NCBI GenBank assembly: GCA_965247115.1
Contig: CBDFGR010000002.1
Span: 2,048,001-2,112,000, forward strand
DNA length: 64,000 nt
Source: Myxococcota bacterium
GTDB lineage: Bacteria; Myxococcota_A; UBA9160; SZUA-336
Direction: 5' to 3'
Below are positions 39,589-49,515 of this stretch, in pieces; positions within the stretch are counted from its first letter, which is position 1; each line of letters opens with the position of its first letter. A model generated the notes under the pieces. That model did not search any database. It saw only the letters and a list, made by a program, of their open reading frames with translations, and was not told where the DNA came from. The position numbers and the translations under genes were made by a program.

Positions 39589-40908
39589 ATGGCTGTCCCG
39601 ATACGCTACAAGATGATCGGCGTCCTCACTACGGGGACGATGATCAACTACATCGATCGCGTGAACATCTCGGTTGCCGCTCCCCAGATCATGCAGGAGA
39701 CGGGCTGGGATGAGGGGCGCTTTGGGCTGGTCTTCTCCGCGTTTCTCGTCGGGTACGCCCTCTTTCAGTATCCCGGGGGCGTCATCGCTGACCGCTGGAG
39801 CGCCCGCAGGCTTCTTGCTCTCGCCTTCTTTGGGTTTTCCTTTTTCACCGCACTCACCCCACTGGGACAGGGTGGCTTTGTGCTCCTCCTGCTCCTGCGC
39901 TTCCTTGTCGGCGGCTTCGAATCGGTCTTCTTCCCCACAGTGGCGTCCCTCAACTCGAGGTGGATCCCGCGCCAGGAGTATAGCCGCGCCCAGACCGTCG
40001 CCCTTTCTGGTTCGGCGTTGGGGCAGATGGTGGCTTACCCGTCGACCGCTTGGATCATTGAGAACTACTCGTGGGAAACCGTCTTCTACTTCAACGCCGC
40101 GCTCGGTTTCGCCTGGCTGACGCTTTGGCTGTGGTACTCCACCGACACCCCGCGTGAGCACGCTTCGGTCAGTGCGGAAGAACTGCGAGAAATCGAGGAG
40201 GGACAGGTCGCCGGGCCGACCGAGCCGACCGAACCCGCTTCTGTCCCGCTTTGGACAATCTTGAGAACGTCGTCCGTGATCTCGCTGTGCTCAAGCTACA
40301 TGCTGTATGGCTTTATCGGCTGGATCTTCATCCTGTGGTTTCCGAGCTATCTCGTCCAAGCACGAGGCTTCTCGACGATGCAGATGGGGTTGGTGGGCAT
40401 GATACCCTACGTCGCCGGTGCCATCGGCCAGATAACGGGTGGTGTTATCTCCGATGCCCTGCTCAGACGGGGCTACAGCGCCCGGACGGCGAGGGCGCGC
40501 GTTCCCGGAATCTGGGTGGGCCTCTCCGCGCCGTTTCTCCTCGCAGCGGTCTTCGTGTCGTCGGCCGCGCTCTCGGTAGTGTTGTTCGGGTTGTTCTGGT
40601 TCATGCTTTCGCTGGCGATCTCCGGCTACTGGTCGCTCCCACTCGAGCTCAATCCGCGGCTGGTCGGTGCGATCTCCGGTGTGATGAGCACCTCCGGCAA
40701 CATGGCCGGTATCTTCGGGCCCATCACAGCGGGCATCATCCTGGCCCGCACGGGCAACTGGGACCTGCCGTTCTTACTGGCGGCGGGTCTCGCGGTTCTC
40801 TCCAGCCTGATCTTCATTTTCATGGTCTCGACCAAACACGTTGAAATCCCGGTGCTTGATGCGGTCACGGCTGAGGAAGCGCGAGACCGATCTGCTCGCA
40901 CGCTCTGA
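39589..40908 (+). CDS. MFS transporter (anion:cation symporter family)
   Basis: INYIDRVNISVA and GGVIADRW motifs, about 12 hydrophobic segments; GAGGAG RBS. Confidence 0.92.
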   Translation: MAVPIRYKMIGVLTTGTMINYIDRVNISVAAPQIMQETGWDEGRFGLVFSAFLVGYALFQYPGGVIADRWSARRLLALAFFGFSFFTALTPLGQGGFVLLLLLRFLVGGFESVFFPTVASLNSRWIPRQEYSRAQTVALSGSALGQMVAYPSTAWIIENYSWETVFYFNAALGFAWLTLWLWYSTDTPREHASVSAEELREIEEGQVAGPTEPTEPASVPLWTILRTSSVISLCSSYMLYGFIGWIFILWFPSYLVQARGFSTMQMGLVGMIPYVAGAIGQITGGVISDALLRRGYSARTARARVPGIWVGLSAPFLLAAVFVSSAALSVVLFGLFWFMLSLAISGYWSLPLELNPRLVGAISGVMSTSGNMAGIFGPITAGIILARTGNWDLPFLLAAGLAVLSSLIFIFMVSTKHVEIPVLDAVTAEEARDRSARTL

Positions 40909-40929
40909 GAAAACCGCGCGAGTGCGGTC

Positions 40930-40972
40930 GAGCCAACGAGCGGACTCGAACCGCTGACCTGCTGATTACGAA
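40930..40972 (-). other. 3' half of tRNA-Thr(CGT); att-site scar
   Basis: Minus strand TTCGTAATCAGCAGGTCAGCGGTTCGAGTCCGCTCGTTGGCTC covers anticodon loop to acceptor; 5' half absent. Confidence 0.8.
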
Positions 40973-41084
40973 GAGGCTCCAGGCTGCAGGACCGGCGTCT
41001 AGAGGGGAACTGAGCCGCGTCGAGGGGCGTAGTTAGGCGCCGTGGACCGAACCAGACCAAACCAGATCTCACGAGATTAGTTAT

Positions 41085-41111
41085 TGGTGGTCCCCACGGG
41101 AATCGAACCCG
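41085..41111 (-). other. tRNA 3'-end fragment (T-arm, acceptor strand, CCA; possibly Glu); att-site scar
   Basis: Minus strand CGGGTTCGATTCCCGTGGGGACCACCA. Confidence 0.7.
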
Positions 41112-41173
41112 ACGCGAAACGGCGCAAGCCTCGAAAACAAAGGACCAAGGACCCTGAAAACTTGTCGGTGACT

Positions 41174-41394
41174 TCACCTGATCGTGGACCGTGGACGAGA
41201 TGCAGATGCCGCCGGCGTCGGCCAGCGCCTCGAGGCGCGCGGCGATGTTGACCCCATCGCCGTAGATGCGGCCGCCCTCCACGCGGACGTCGCCCATGTG
41301 GATGCCCATCCGGAAGTCCATCCGGTGGTCGGCGCTCAGGCTGGCGTTGCGGGCGCGCAGGACGCGCTGTACCTCGATCGCGCAGATCACCGCG
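41174..41394 (-). repeat. Inverted copy of an adenylate/guanylate cyclase segment (58059-58279)
   Basis: Reverse complement matches 58059-58279 (AVICAIEVQ...HDQV). Confidence 0.9.
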
Positions 41395-41518
41395 ACCGCG
41401 CGCCCCCCACGGTGTAGGGGCTCGAGGGACGCGACGGCGTGTGGACCTGATCCAGTTGAGCGACGTCTCCGCGCGACCGACGGGGTGCCCCTCATCTGGT
41501 GGGGAACTCCGCGGGCGG
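41389..41518 (+). repeat. Direct, slightly diverged copy of non-coding 57512-57641
   Basis: Shared ACCGCGACCGCGCGCCCCCCACGGTGTAGGGGCTCGAGG...CTCATCTGGTGGGGA. Confidence 0.85.
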
Positions 41519-41645
41519 CTCTCATTTCGGGTTGCCGCCTACACGAGTGGCCCTCGAGGCGTACCTGGAGATGCTCGATGGCACGGGTCTGCCGTGGTCG
41601 GTTGCGACCCTCGGAGGCGAGGTGGTAGGCTGTAAACTGGCGCGG
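41519..41645 (+). pseudogene. Fragment of a beta-keto acid cleavage enzyme (DUF849/BKACE-like)
   Basis: FGLPPTRVALEAYLEMLDGTGLPWSVATLGG. Confidence 0.55.
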
Positions 41646-41711
41646 TGGCGAGCTGCGCCGAAGCGCGCAAGGTGCTCGGGCTTCCCGAGCGCGCAGACTG
41701 AGGCGAAGGCC

Positions 41712-42950
41712 GTGCCATCCAGAGCGCTCTCACACATTCGCATTTGCGACTTCACGGGTCAGCTGGCGGGGGCGGGGGCCACGCGCTTTCTGGCCGCGTT
41801 CGGCGCGCAGATTGTCCGCATCGAAGACCCGGTGCGCGAAGGTCGCTGGGACATCACGCGGGGCTGCCCGCCCTTCACCGATGACCGCAGGGGGATCGAC
41901 GTGGGCGGCGTGTTCAACAACCACAACGTGGAGAAGCTCGGCATCACGCTGAATCTGCGGAGCGAGCGCGCGAAGGAGCTCTTGCGAGAGCTGATCAAGA
42001 TCTCCGACGTGGTGTCCGAGAACTTCGCCGCGGGCGTGCTCGAGCGGCTCGGCTTCGGTTACGAGGCCCTGCGAGAAATCAAGCCCGACATCATCTACGC
42101 GTCGAACTGCGGATTCGGCCACAGCGGCCCGTACCGCAAGTTCAAGTCCTGGGGACCGATCGTGCAGGCGATCAGCGGCCTCACGTTCAGCTCGGGGCTT
42201 CCTGATCAGCCGCCGGCGGGCTGGGGCTACTCGTACATGGACCACACCGGGGGCTACTACATGGCCCTCGCGATCCTCTTCGCGTTGCACCACAAGAACC
42301 GCACGGGCGAGGGCCAGTGGGTCGACCTGTCGTGCACCGAGGCCGGCGCGAGCCTGAACGGCCCGGCGGTGCTCGACTACACGGTGAACGGACGCCCCCT
42401 CCGACGCGCGGGCATGCCGAACAGCAACCGCAACAAGTGGCCCGAGATGGCGCCCCACGGTGTGTACCCAGCCAGCGGCGACGATTCCTGGATCGCGATC
42501 GCGTGCCGCAGCGACGCCGACTGGCGGGCGTTCGGAGGCGCGGTCGGCGAGCCGTGGACCCGCGAGGCGCGCTTCGCGAGCCTCGCCGGCCGTATCGAGC
42601 GGCAGGATGCACTCGACGAGCTCGTGAGCGCCTGGACGCGCCCGCGCGACCGCTTCGCCGCCGCGGCGGATCTTCAGGCGGCCGGAGTGCCCGCGGCAGC
42701 CGTCCAGCGGCCGGCTGAGCGGATCGATGACGACCCCAACACCGCAGAGTGGGGGCTCTGGCCGACCGTGAAACACACCGCCATGGGCGACGTGCGCGTC
42801 GACGGCCAGCCGGTGCACCTGTCGGAGACGGATTGGGCGATCGAGCGGGGCGGACCGTGCCTCGGTGAACACAACGACTACGTATTCGGCGAGCTGCTCG
42901 GTCTCGACGCCGCCGAAATCGAGAAGCTGCGCGAGGAGAAGGTGATATGA
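41712..42950 (+). CDS. CaiB/BaiF class III CoA-transferase
   Basis: ICDFTGQLAG, ENFAAG and GEGQWVDLS motifs; GTG start inferred. Confidence 0.9.
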   Translation: MPSRALSHIRICDFTGQLAGAGATRFLAAFGAQIVRIEDPVREGRWDITRGCPPFTDDRRGIDVGGVFNNHNVEKLGITLNLRSERAKELLRELIKISDVVSENFAAGVLERLGFGYEALREIKPDIIYASNCGFGHSGPYRKFKSWGPIVQAISGLTFSSGLPDQPPAGWGYSYMDHTGGYYMALAILFALHHKNRTGEGQWVDLSCTEAGASLNGPAVLDYTVNGRPLRRAGMPNSNRNKWPEMAPHGVYPASGDDSWIAIACRSDADWRAFGGAVGEPWTREARFASLAGRIERQDALDELVSAWTRPRDRFAAAADLQAAGVPAAAVQRPAERIDDDPNTAEWGLWPTVKHTAMGDVRVDGQPVHLSETDWAIERGGPCLGEHNDYVFGELLGLDAAEIEKLREEKVI

Positions 42951-44233
42951 CAGACACTGGCGCAACGGCGGGGGCCGTGAGCGATCTGCGGGTAGTCGAG
43001 CTCGCGAGCGAGCGCTGCGCCTTCGCGGGCAAGCTGTTCGCCGACATGGGCGCGAGCGTGGTCACCGTGGAGCCGCGTGCAGGCTGTGCCACGCGCAGCT
43101 ACGGCCCCTTCCTCGCGGACGAGGGTGGAAAGGAGCGCAGCCTCTACTGGTGGCACTACAACACCAGCAAGCGGGGGATCACCCTCGACCTCGACACGGA
43201 GCGGGGTCGCGAGCTCCTGCGCGACCTCGTGCGCTCGTCAGATCTGCTCATCGAGTCCGAGACGCCGGGTCGGCTCGAGTCTCTCGGGCTCGACTTCGCG
43301 AGTCTGCGCGCGCTGCGCCCCGACCTGATCATGGTCTCGCTCTCGCCGTTCGGCGCGTCGGGACCGCGCGCGGACGAGCTCGCCACCGACCTCACGGTGC
43401 TCGCGGCTGGCGGACCCGTGTGGATGAACGGCTACGACGACCACTCGCTGCCGCCGGTGCGGGGCGGCGGCAACCAGGGCTACCACACCGGTTGCCACTT
43501 CGCAGTGCTCTCGGCGCTGGTCGCATTGCTCGTTCGCGATCAGACTGGGCAGGGTCAACACGTCGATGTGAACATGCACGCTGCGGCCAATGTCACCACC
43601 GAGGGCGGCAGCTACCAGTGGCTTGTGGCGCGCGAGACGGTGCAGCGCCAGACCGGTCAACACGCGAGCACGAGCCCGTCACTGCCCAGCCAGGTGCAGT
43701 GCGCCGATGGCCGCTACGTGAACACGGGCGTGCCCCCGCGTTTCCCGCACGAGTTTCGGGCCTTGTACGAGTGGGTCGTGGAGCTCGGTCTGAAGGACGA
43801 GTTTCCCGAGGCCGTGTTTCTCGAGATGGGCATGCAGCATAGCGAGCAGATCGACATGTTCCCTGAAGACGAAGAGGAGCTGGCCATCTTCGGCGCCGGA
43901 CGCGAGGCCTTGAACCTGATCGCCTCGAAGCTTCCCGCCTACGAGTTCTTCATGGGAGCGCAGACCCGCGGCCTCTCCGTGGGAATCATCTACTCGCCAG
44001 AGGAGGTCTTCGAGGACCCGCACTTCGTGGCGAGGGGCTTCCAGGTCGAGGTCGAGCACCCCGAGCTCGGCCGCTCATTCAAGTACCCCGGGGCGCCCTA
44101 TCTGTTCCACGGCTCGCCGTGGAACATCGCGCGGCGCGCGCCGCTGCTCGGCGAGCACAACGCCGAGATCTACAGTGAGCTCGGAGTCTCGGCGCAAGAG
44201 CTCGAGCGACTCTCGAGCGAAGGGATCGTGTAG
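42947..44233 (+). CDS. CaiB/BaiF class III CoA-transferase (second subunit)
   Basis: AFAGKLFADMGA, YNTSKRGITLDL and APLLGEHN motifs; ATGA overlap. Confidence 0.9.
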   Translation: MTDTGATAGAVSDLRVVELASERCAFAGKLFADMGASVVTVEPRAGCATRSYGPFLADEGGKERSLYWWHYNTSKRGITLDLDTERGRELLRDLVRSSDLLIESETPGRLESLGLDFASLRALRPDLIMVSLSPFGASGPRADELATDLTVLAAGGPVWMNGYDDHSLPPVRGGGNQGYHTGCHFAVLSALVALLVRDQTGQGQHVDVNMHAAANVTTEGGSYQWLVARETVQRQTGQHASTSPSLPSQVQCADGRYVNTGVPPRFPHEFRALYEWVVELGLKDEFPEAVFLEMGMQHSEQIDMFPEDEEELAIFGAGREALNLIASKLPAYEFFMGAQTRGLSVGIIYSPEEVFEDPHFVARGFQVEVEHPELGRSFKYPGAPYLFHGSPWNIARRAPLLGEHNAEIYSELGVSAQELERLSSEGIV

Positions 44234-44235
44234 CC

Positions 44236-44471
44236 ATGGAGCAATTCGGCGACAAGGTCGCAGTCATCACCGGGGGCGCGAGCGGCATCGGCCTGGCCAC
44301 AGCGCGCCGGCTCACGCGCGAGGGCATGAAGCTCGTGTTGGCAGACATCCAGCCGGAGCCGTTGGCCCGAGCGGAGAGCGAGATCCGCGCGCTCGGGGTC
44401 GAGGCGCTCGGCGTGCAGACCGACGTGGGCGACCTCGCGCAGGTGGAGGCCCTGGCGGAGCGCACTTTCGC
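44236..44471 (+). pseudogene. SDR N-terminal fragment
   Basis: KVAVITGGASGIG...TDVGD, after which homology ends. Confidence 0.8.
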
Positions 44472-44499
44472 GCCCCCCTGCCCGGCTTTACATAACGCC

Positions 44500-44653
44500 C
44501 CAACATCATGTTCGAGACCGACTTCCCGCACCCCACCTGCAAGTACCCCGACGTCCAGGAGTACCTCGCCGACGTGACCGCCGACTGGAGCGAGACCACG
44601 CGCCGCAAGATCCTGCAGGACAACGCGGCGCGCCTGTACCGCGTGGAGGTGTA
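44500..44653 (+). pseudogene. Amidohydrolase_2 C-terminal fragment
   Basis: NIMFETDFPHPTC...RKILQDNAARLYRVEV*. Confidence 0.8.
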
Positions 44654-44756
44654 GAGAGGGGCGCGAGGGCGGCCTCGCACCTGTCCGGGCTCTACGGCCG
44701 AACAGAGCGTCTACCACCAGAGGACATGGCGTCGTACCTGCTGCTGCCCGTGATTC

Positions 44757-45188
44757 CTAGGTAGCGCGCTCCCACTGGGGCAGCAGCAGCTTCCCGCCCG
44801 ACTCGGGGTCGGTGACCTCCTCCCACACCGCGCGCACGGGCATACCGATGCGCGCCTCTTCGGGTGGGACGTCGACGAGGTTGCCGGTTACGCGCACGTG
44901 CGGGACCTCGTCCAGGCTCACGAGCACCACGGTGTAGGGCACCGCCTCCTCGAGCATGGGGTGGACCGGGTGTCTCACGACCGTGTGACTGTAGATCGTC
45001 CCGCGCCCCGCCACTTCGCGCGTGTCGAAGTCCATTCCCTGGCAGCGGTGGCACACGTCCTCGGGCGGGTGTTGGATGAACTCACACGCCGTACATCGCT
45101 GGAGCAGAAGTCGCCCGGTGGTGAAGAAGGCCTCGGTCCGCGGTTCGATCGCCGGCAGCACCCATTCGTCTGGCATGGTACGGGCCAC
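44757..45188 (-). CDS. Zn-ribbon/OB-fold (DUF35) protein
   Basis: QRCTAC...CHRC, GRGTIYSHTVV and PYTVVLVSLDE motifs. Confidence 0.88.
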   Translation of the reverse strand: MARTMPDEWVLPAIEPRTEAFFTTGRLLLQRCTACEFIQHPPEDVCHRCQGMDFDTREVAGRGTIYSHTVVRHPVHPMLEEAVPYTVVLVSLDEVPHVRVTGNLVDVPPEEARIGMPVRAVWEEVTDPESGGKLLLPQWERAT

Positions 45189-45198
45189 GTGGCCTCCC

Positions 45199-45520
45199 TC
45201 AGTCTCGACAGAACAGCACGGCGCTACCCGGTGCGTAGCCCGGCCCCCCCACGACCAGGCTGAGCTCGGCATCCTCGACCTGGCACGTCGAGTCGCCGCG
45301 GATCTGGCGCACGGCCTCGTTCACGAGCCCGAAGCCGTGGATGTACGCCTCGCGAGTCCATGTACGACACGAAGCCGTCTACGTCCGAGAGCCCGAGACC
45401 CGCGTCTTCCACCGCATTGCGGATGGCAATGCACGCCAGCTGAAACTCGGTCTCGGGGGCGCCGCCTCGCTTGTAGTAGTTCGACTCGCCCACACCGGCG
45501 ACGGCGGCTCGACACTCCAT
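45199..45520 (-). pseudogene. SCP-x/lipid-transfer type thiolase with a large internal deletion
   Basis: N-terminus MECRAAVAGVGES...DVDGFVSY joined out of frame to C-terminus EAYIHGFGLVNEAVRQIRG...LFCRD*. Confidence 0.8.
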
Positions 45521-45629
45521 CGGAACTCCTCGTTCGCGACCCCGAGGAGTATACACGCAGCGCCTGGCGACCTGGGTCGCAGAGCACGGCATCGACTCCG
45601 ATGGACCTCATCGAGGGGCACGCGATCTC

Positions 45630-45900
45630 CTCTTGCAGCGGCCGCCCCGACTCGAGCCGCCCATCGGTCCGTCCCTGCGCCACGAAGGCGAGGAGCTGAG
45701 CGCAGCGGCGCGCCGCCTGGTCCTCGAGCTCGACCATGGCGTCTTGCCCGTGCAGGGCCCTCCAAGCGCGGGCAAGACCTACATGGGAGCGCGCATGATC
45801 TGCGAGCTCGTCCGGGCCGGCAAGAAGGTCGGCGTAACCGCCGTCAGCCAAAAGTCATCAACAACCTCCTGAAGGCCGTCATCGAGGCTGCGGAGGATCG
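45630..45900 (+). pseudogene. SF1 helicase fragment (TM0106/RecB-nuclease fusion type)
   Basis: VQGPPSAGKTYMGARMICELVRAGKKVGVTAVS, frameshift, then KVINNLL. Confidence 0.7.
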
Positions 45901-46104
45901 ATACGCAGGCGAGTGTTCTTGGCGGAGTTTCGCTCGGACGTCGAAGGCCTACTGACGCGGGAGGCCGTCGAGGCCGTAGTCGTGTCGGGTCGACGCGAGC
46001 TGCCGCCCGAGCGTGGAGTGTCCTACCATGGGCACGATCGGTGGCGAGGCACATGATGACGACGCGCTCCCCGGGAGCGAGCTCTGCGTACTGCTTGATG
46101 CAGG

Positions 46105-46275
46105 TTGCGTCCATACAGGTCCCTTGCGGGCCCCGCAGAACCTCGATTCGCTCCAGGTCCGACATGATGGCGCTCGACGTTGTGCTGCGCGGCAGGTAGA
46201 CGCCGTCCAGGTTGAACGCCACCCTGGGCTTGCCCGAGCTGGTGCCGAACTCGGGGCCCACGCCCCGCAGGGTTG
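46105..46275 (-). pseudogene. TonB-dependent receptor plug-domain fragment
   Basis: LRGVG...LDGVYLPR...DLERIEVLRGPQGT followed by a frameshifted YGRN. Confidence 0.8.
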
Positions 46276-46839
46276 CTGGGAGTAGCTCTCGACCTCGGCA
46301 TACACGAGCCTGCGCACCTGGAACTGGATGTTCCCGACGCGAGTCCAGATCGCTTCGCTGGATCTCCTCAGACATCCCCCGAACGACCGAAATCATCCTG
46401 TCGTTTGATGACGACTTCGAGGAGTTCAGCGGGCGGCTGAAGCAGCTCTCCAAGGAGTGGGAAACGGGCGGTCTGCGCGAAATCGCTCGGTAGGCCGCAG
46501 GGCGGACGTCGCAGAACGTCCCCTCCGGACCTCCGCCCGCTGCGGGGTAGAACGGAGACTCGGGGCACATCCCTGTCACCGCCGCACCCGCTCCTCGATC
46601 AGCTCGCCGCCGGGGAGGGCGGCTCGTGATCCCGGTGGAGATAGGGCCCGGTGGCTCGCCGCGCCTCCTCCCCGGCCGAAACGCGCTCTCGTGCCTCTTC
46701 ACCCAAGAATCGCCCAAACCGGCTTTCGGGGTTGCCCCAGGATCGACGATCTCGGGCCGGTCCGACCCGGGCCCGGGGGGGCGGAAGGCGAGGCTCTCCG
46801 TCTGGTCGCACACTGAAAAGGACCGCAGAGACTACGCAA

Positions 46840-47045
46840 GGTCCTCCCACAACTCGCGAGACCGATCCCACAGGATGCGATGGGCTTCGCTGCTTCAGCG
46901 CGTCTTCGAGATCGACGCTCTGCGGTGCCCGCGCTGCGGGTCCACGCTGCGCCTCATCGCGGCCATCGAAGATCCCACGGTGGCGCGGAAGATCCTCGAA
47001 TGCCTGAAGCTTCCAGCACGCGCGCCCCCGCTCGAGCCGCGGCGG
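46840..47045 (+). mobile_element. IS91-like (Y2) transposase C-terminal remnant
   Basis: WASLLQRVFEIDALRCPRCGSTLRLIAAIEDPTVARKILECLKLPARAPP. Confidence 0.75.
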
Positions 47046-47051
47046 GAGGAA

Positions 47052-47275
47052 AGTACGCACCACGGGGGACTTCGCCATGCCGCCGGTGAGATAGACGAGA
47101 TCCGGCGCCGTGTTTCCCTGTGCCAGCACCTCAGCCACGACGCCGTGCAGATGATCGAGTAGCCGTTCCACCGCAATTTCGTAATCCACTTCGCGCAACT
47201 GCGCTTCGAGACCCTCATCCACGTAGCCGAGATCCACGCACACCTCAGAGCGCTCCGATAGTGCAATCTTCGCGA
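47052..47275 (-). pseudogene. Hsp70-family (YegD-like) fragment
   Basis: PDLVYLTGGMAKSPVVR motif. Confidence 0.6.
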
Positions 47276-47289
47276 GCTCGGCGCTGCGC

Positions 47290-47964
47290 GCGAGACGATC
47301 AGGGACGCGGCCGTGGCTTCCGTTGCGGGTCCGGGCGCGAGGATGGCAGCGGGAACGATGACCGGGCTCGCGACCAGGAGCACACAGGCCGACGCCACGA
47401 GTGGATGGGTCTGCGGCATGCGTCGGGTGAGGATCGTGTTAGTGGCGTAGCAGAGCGCGCCTGCGAGGATGCCGCCCTGCCGCAGCAGGTCGCCCCCGAT
47501 CGCGGCGAGCGCCTCCGGGCCCATGAGCACGAGCACGCCGACAAAGCCCACTGCGAAGCCGGCCGCGCGCAGGAGAGTCATCGGTTCGCCCCGCACCAGG
47601 AAGTGCGCCAGCACCAACGTGACGAGCGGGTTCGTGCCCATCAGGATCCCGGCGACGCCACTCGGGACAGTCTGCTGTCCCAACTGATCAGGTAGAAGGG
47701 GAGGACGTTCCCGATGATGGCGAGCGCGAGGAAATGGAGCCAGATCCGTCCCCACGGGGGGAAGCGAAAGCCCACGAGGCGCAGCGTGACACAGAGTACT
47801 GCGGCTGCCACGACGATGCGCCCGGCCGCCACGCCCGCAGGCGAAACCGATTCCACAGCGAGACGAATGAACGCGAACGCCGTCCCCCACATCAGTGCAA
47901 TTACGACGAGGGCCGTCCAGTCGCCGAGCCTGTCCAGGCCGCGGATGGGGATCCGGTCGCGCAT
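47290..47964 (-). pseudogene. EamA/DMT transporter, frameshifted and 3'-truncated
   Basis: LMWGTAFAFIRLAV, GNVLPFYLISW, frameshift near 47680, then QQTVPSGVAGILMGTNPL; last helices missing. Confidence 0.8.
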
Positions 47965-48052
47965 GCCGGCGCAGCATGCCAGAATTCCGCGGCTTGAAAA
48001 CGCCACCCGATCTAGTAAGCTCCGGCGCATCGAACGGAGCCTGAGACTGCCC

Positions 48053-49174
48053 GTGAGCGAGTACAGCGAGCGCCTGATCTCCGCTGATTCCCACATCGTG
48101 GAACCCGCCGACCTCTGGACTACTCGACTCGATCGAGCGTGGCGCGACCGCGCGCCGCGGATCGCCACCCATTCCGACGGAGGCGACTACATCGTGATCG
48201 ATGGTCTGCGCCCGCGCCCGCTCGCCTTCGAGGGCCCGATGGCGGATCTCAAGGCCCAGGGCATGGAGATCCCCTCGCCCAAGGGCTTTCGATACGAAGA
48301 CAATCGACCCGGGAGCTGGGATCCCGACGAGCGCATCAAGGACCAGGAGCTCGACGGCGTGTCGGGCGAAGTGATCTACCCCGGGTTCGGCCTGATTCTC
48401 GTGCTCGCGCCCGACGCGGAGTACCTCTACGCCTGCTGCCGCACGTACAACGACTGGCTCGCGGAGTTCTGCGGCGCCTACCCGGAGCGCTTGAAGGGCG
48501 TCGCGATGCTGCCCAACCGCGGACCCATCGAGTGGGCCATCCGCGAAGCGGAACGCACGGCCAGGCTCGGCTTTGGAAGCGTCATGCTGCCGGGATGGAA
48601 TGACGACCTGCCCTACAACCTACCCGACTGGGATCCGCTCTGGGCCACCCTTCAGGACATGCGCTCGCTCGCGAGCATTCACATCGGTGGTCGCGAGCCC
48701 TTCGGTAAAGCACACGGCCCCGGAGCAGGGGGCATCATCATCAGCTCGCTGCGCATCGAGATGAGCGACCCCCTGCTGCGTCTGATCTGGGGCGGTGCGG
48801 CCGCGCGCTTCCCCGACATGCGCTGGGCTCTGGTCGAGAGCGGCATTGGCTGGATCGCGAACGTGCTGGGCTTCATGGACCACTGGTGGAACGACCACCG
48901 CGGCTGGCTCGAACCCAGACTGGAGCGTCCCCCGAGCGAGTACTTCCGGCGTCAGTTCTACGCGACCTTCGAAAACGACCGCGCGGGCGTGCTCACGCGC
49001 GAGCTGATGGGAGAGGACAATCTCATGTGGGGCTCCGACTATCCCCACACCGAGGGGGTGTGGCCGTTCTCGCGGAAGCTAGTCGCGCAGAACTTCGCCG
49101 GAATCGACCCGGACGACACCCGGAAGATGGTCCACGACAACGCGGTGAAGCTGTACGGCTTTCCCTCGCGCTAG
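48053..49174 (+). CDS. Amidohydrolase_2 family protein
   Basis: ISADSHIVEP, VESGIGW and MWGSDYPHTEGVWP motifs; GTG start inferred. Confidence 0.9.
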   Translation: MSEYSERLISADSHIVEPADLWTTRLDRAWRDRAPRIATHSDGGDYIVIDGLRPRPLAFEGPMADLKAQGMEIPSPKGFRYEDNRPGSWDPDERIKDQELDGVSGEVIYPGFGLILVLAPDAEYLYACCRTYNDWLAEFCGAYPERLKGVAMLPNRGPIEWAIREAERTARLGFGSVMLPGWNDDLPYNLPDWDPLWATLQDMRSLASIHIGGREPFGKAHGPGAGGIIISSLRIEMSDPLLRLIWGGAAARFPDMRWALVESGIGWIANVLGFMDHWWNDHRGWLEPRLERPPSEYFRRQFYATFENDRAGVLTRELMGEDNLMWGSDYPHTEGVWPFSRKLVAQNFAGIDPDDTRKMVHDNAVKLYGFPSR

Positions 49175-49197
49175 TCGGGGCGGTCTACGCGTCGCGG

Positions 49198-49312
49198 GGC
49201 GCCAGCAGGGCCAGCGCCTTGTGAGTGGCCTCCAGGCGCTCTTCATTCACCGGACTGACCGCCAGCACCGGCAGCGAAACACCCGCCTCCCGCAGGAGTA
49301 TTACGACCACAT
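49198..49312 (+). repeat. Copy of 51084-51194 with the hairpin loop inverted
   Basis: CGCCTTGTGAGTGGCC...TACGACCACAT is shared; 49198-49214 is the reverse complement of 51084-51100. Confidence 0.85.
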
Positions 49313-49314
49313 GC

Positions 49315-49389
49315 ATCGCGGCCGACTTCTCGGCCGACGAGAAGGCGGCGCTGTTTCACGACACCGCGGCGCGGGTCTATCGTCTATGA
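49315..49389 (+). pseudogene. Amidohydrolase C-terminal fragment
   Basis: IAADFSADEKAALFHDTAARVYRL*. Confidence 0.65.
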
Positions 49390-49515
49390 GTGAGCGTCGA
49401 CACGATGCTTCCCGCAACGTGCGCCTGCTCGTACATCGCCAAACGACAGAGAAACAGATTTGGCTCCGCGCTGATCTGCTGGCGCGCTGGAGCCGCTCTC
49501 TAGGAGGTGACTGGC

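Noticed and set aside
40930..41025. Complete or interrupted tRNA-Thr
   Set aside because: The 5' anticodon stem and D-arm are missing. The AACTGAGC resemblance near 41008 is too short and does not restore the acceptor stem.
45779..48172. Long ORFs 45779-46813, 46599-47243 and 46895-48172 as real genes
   Set aside because: They are stop-poor high-GC frames running through unrelated fragments.
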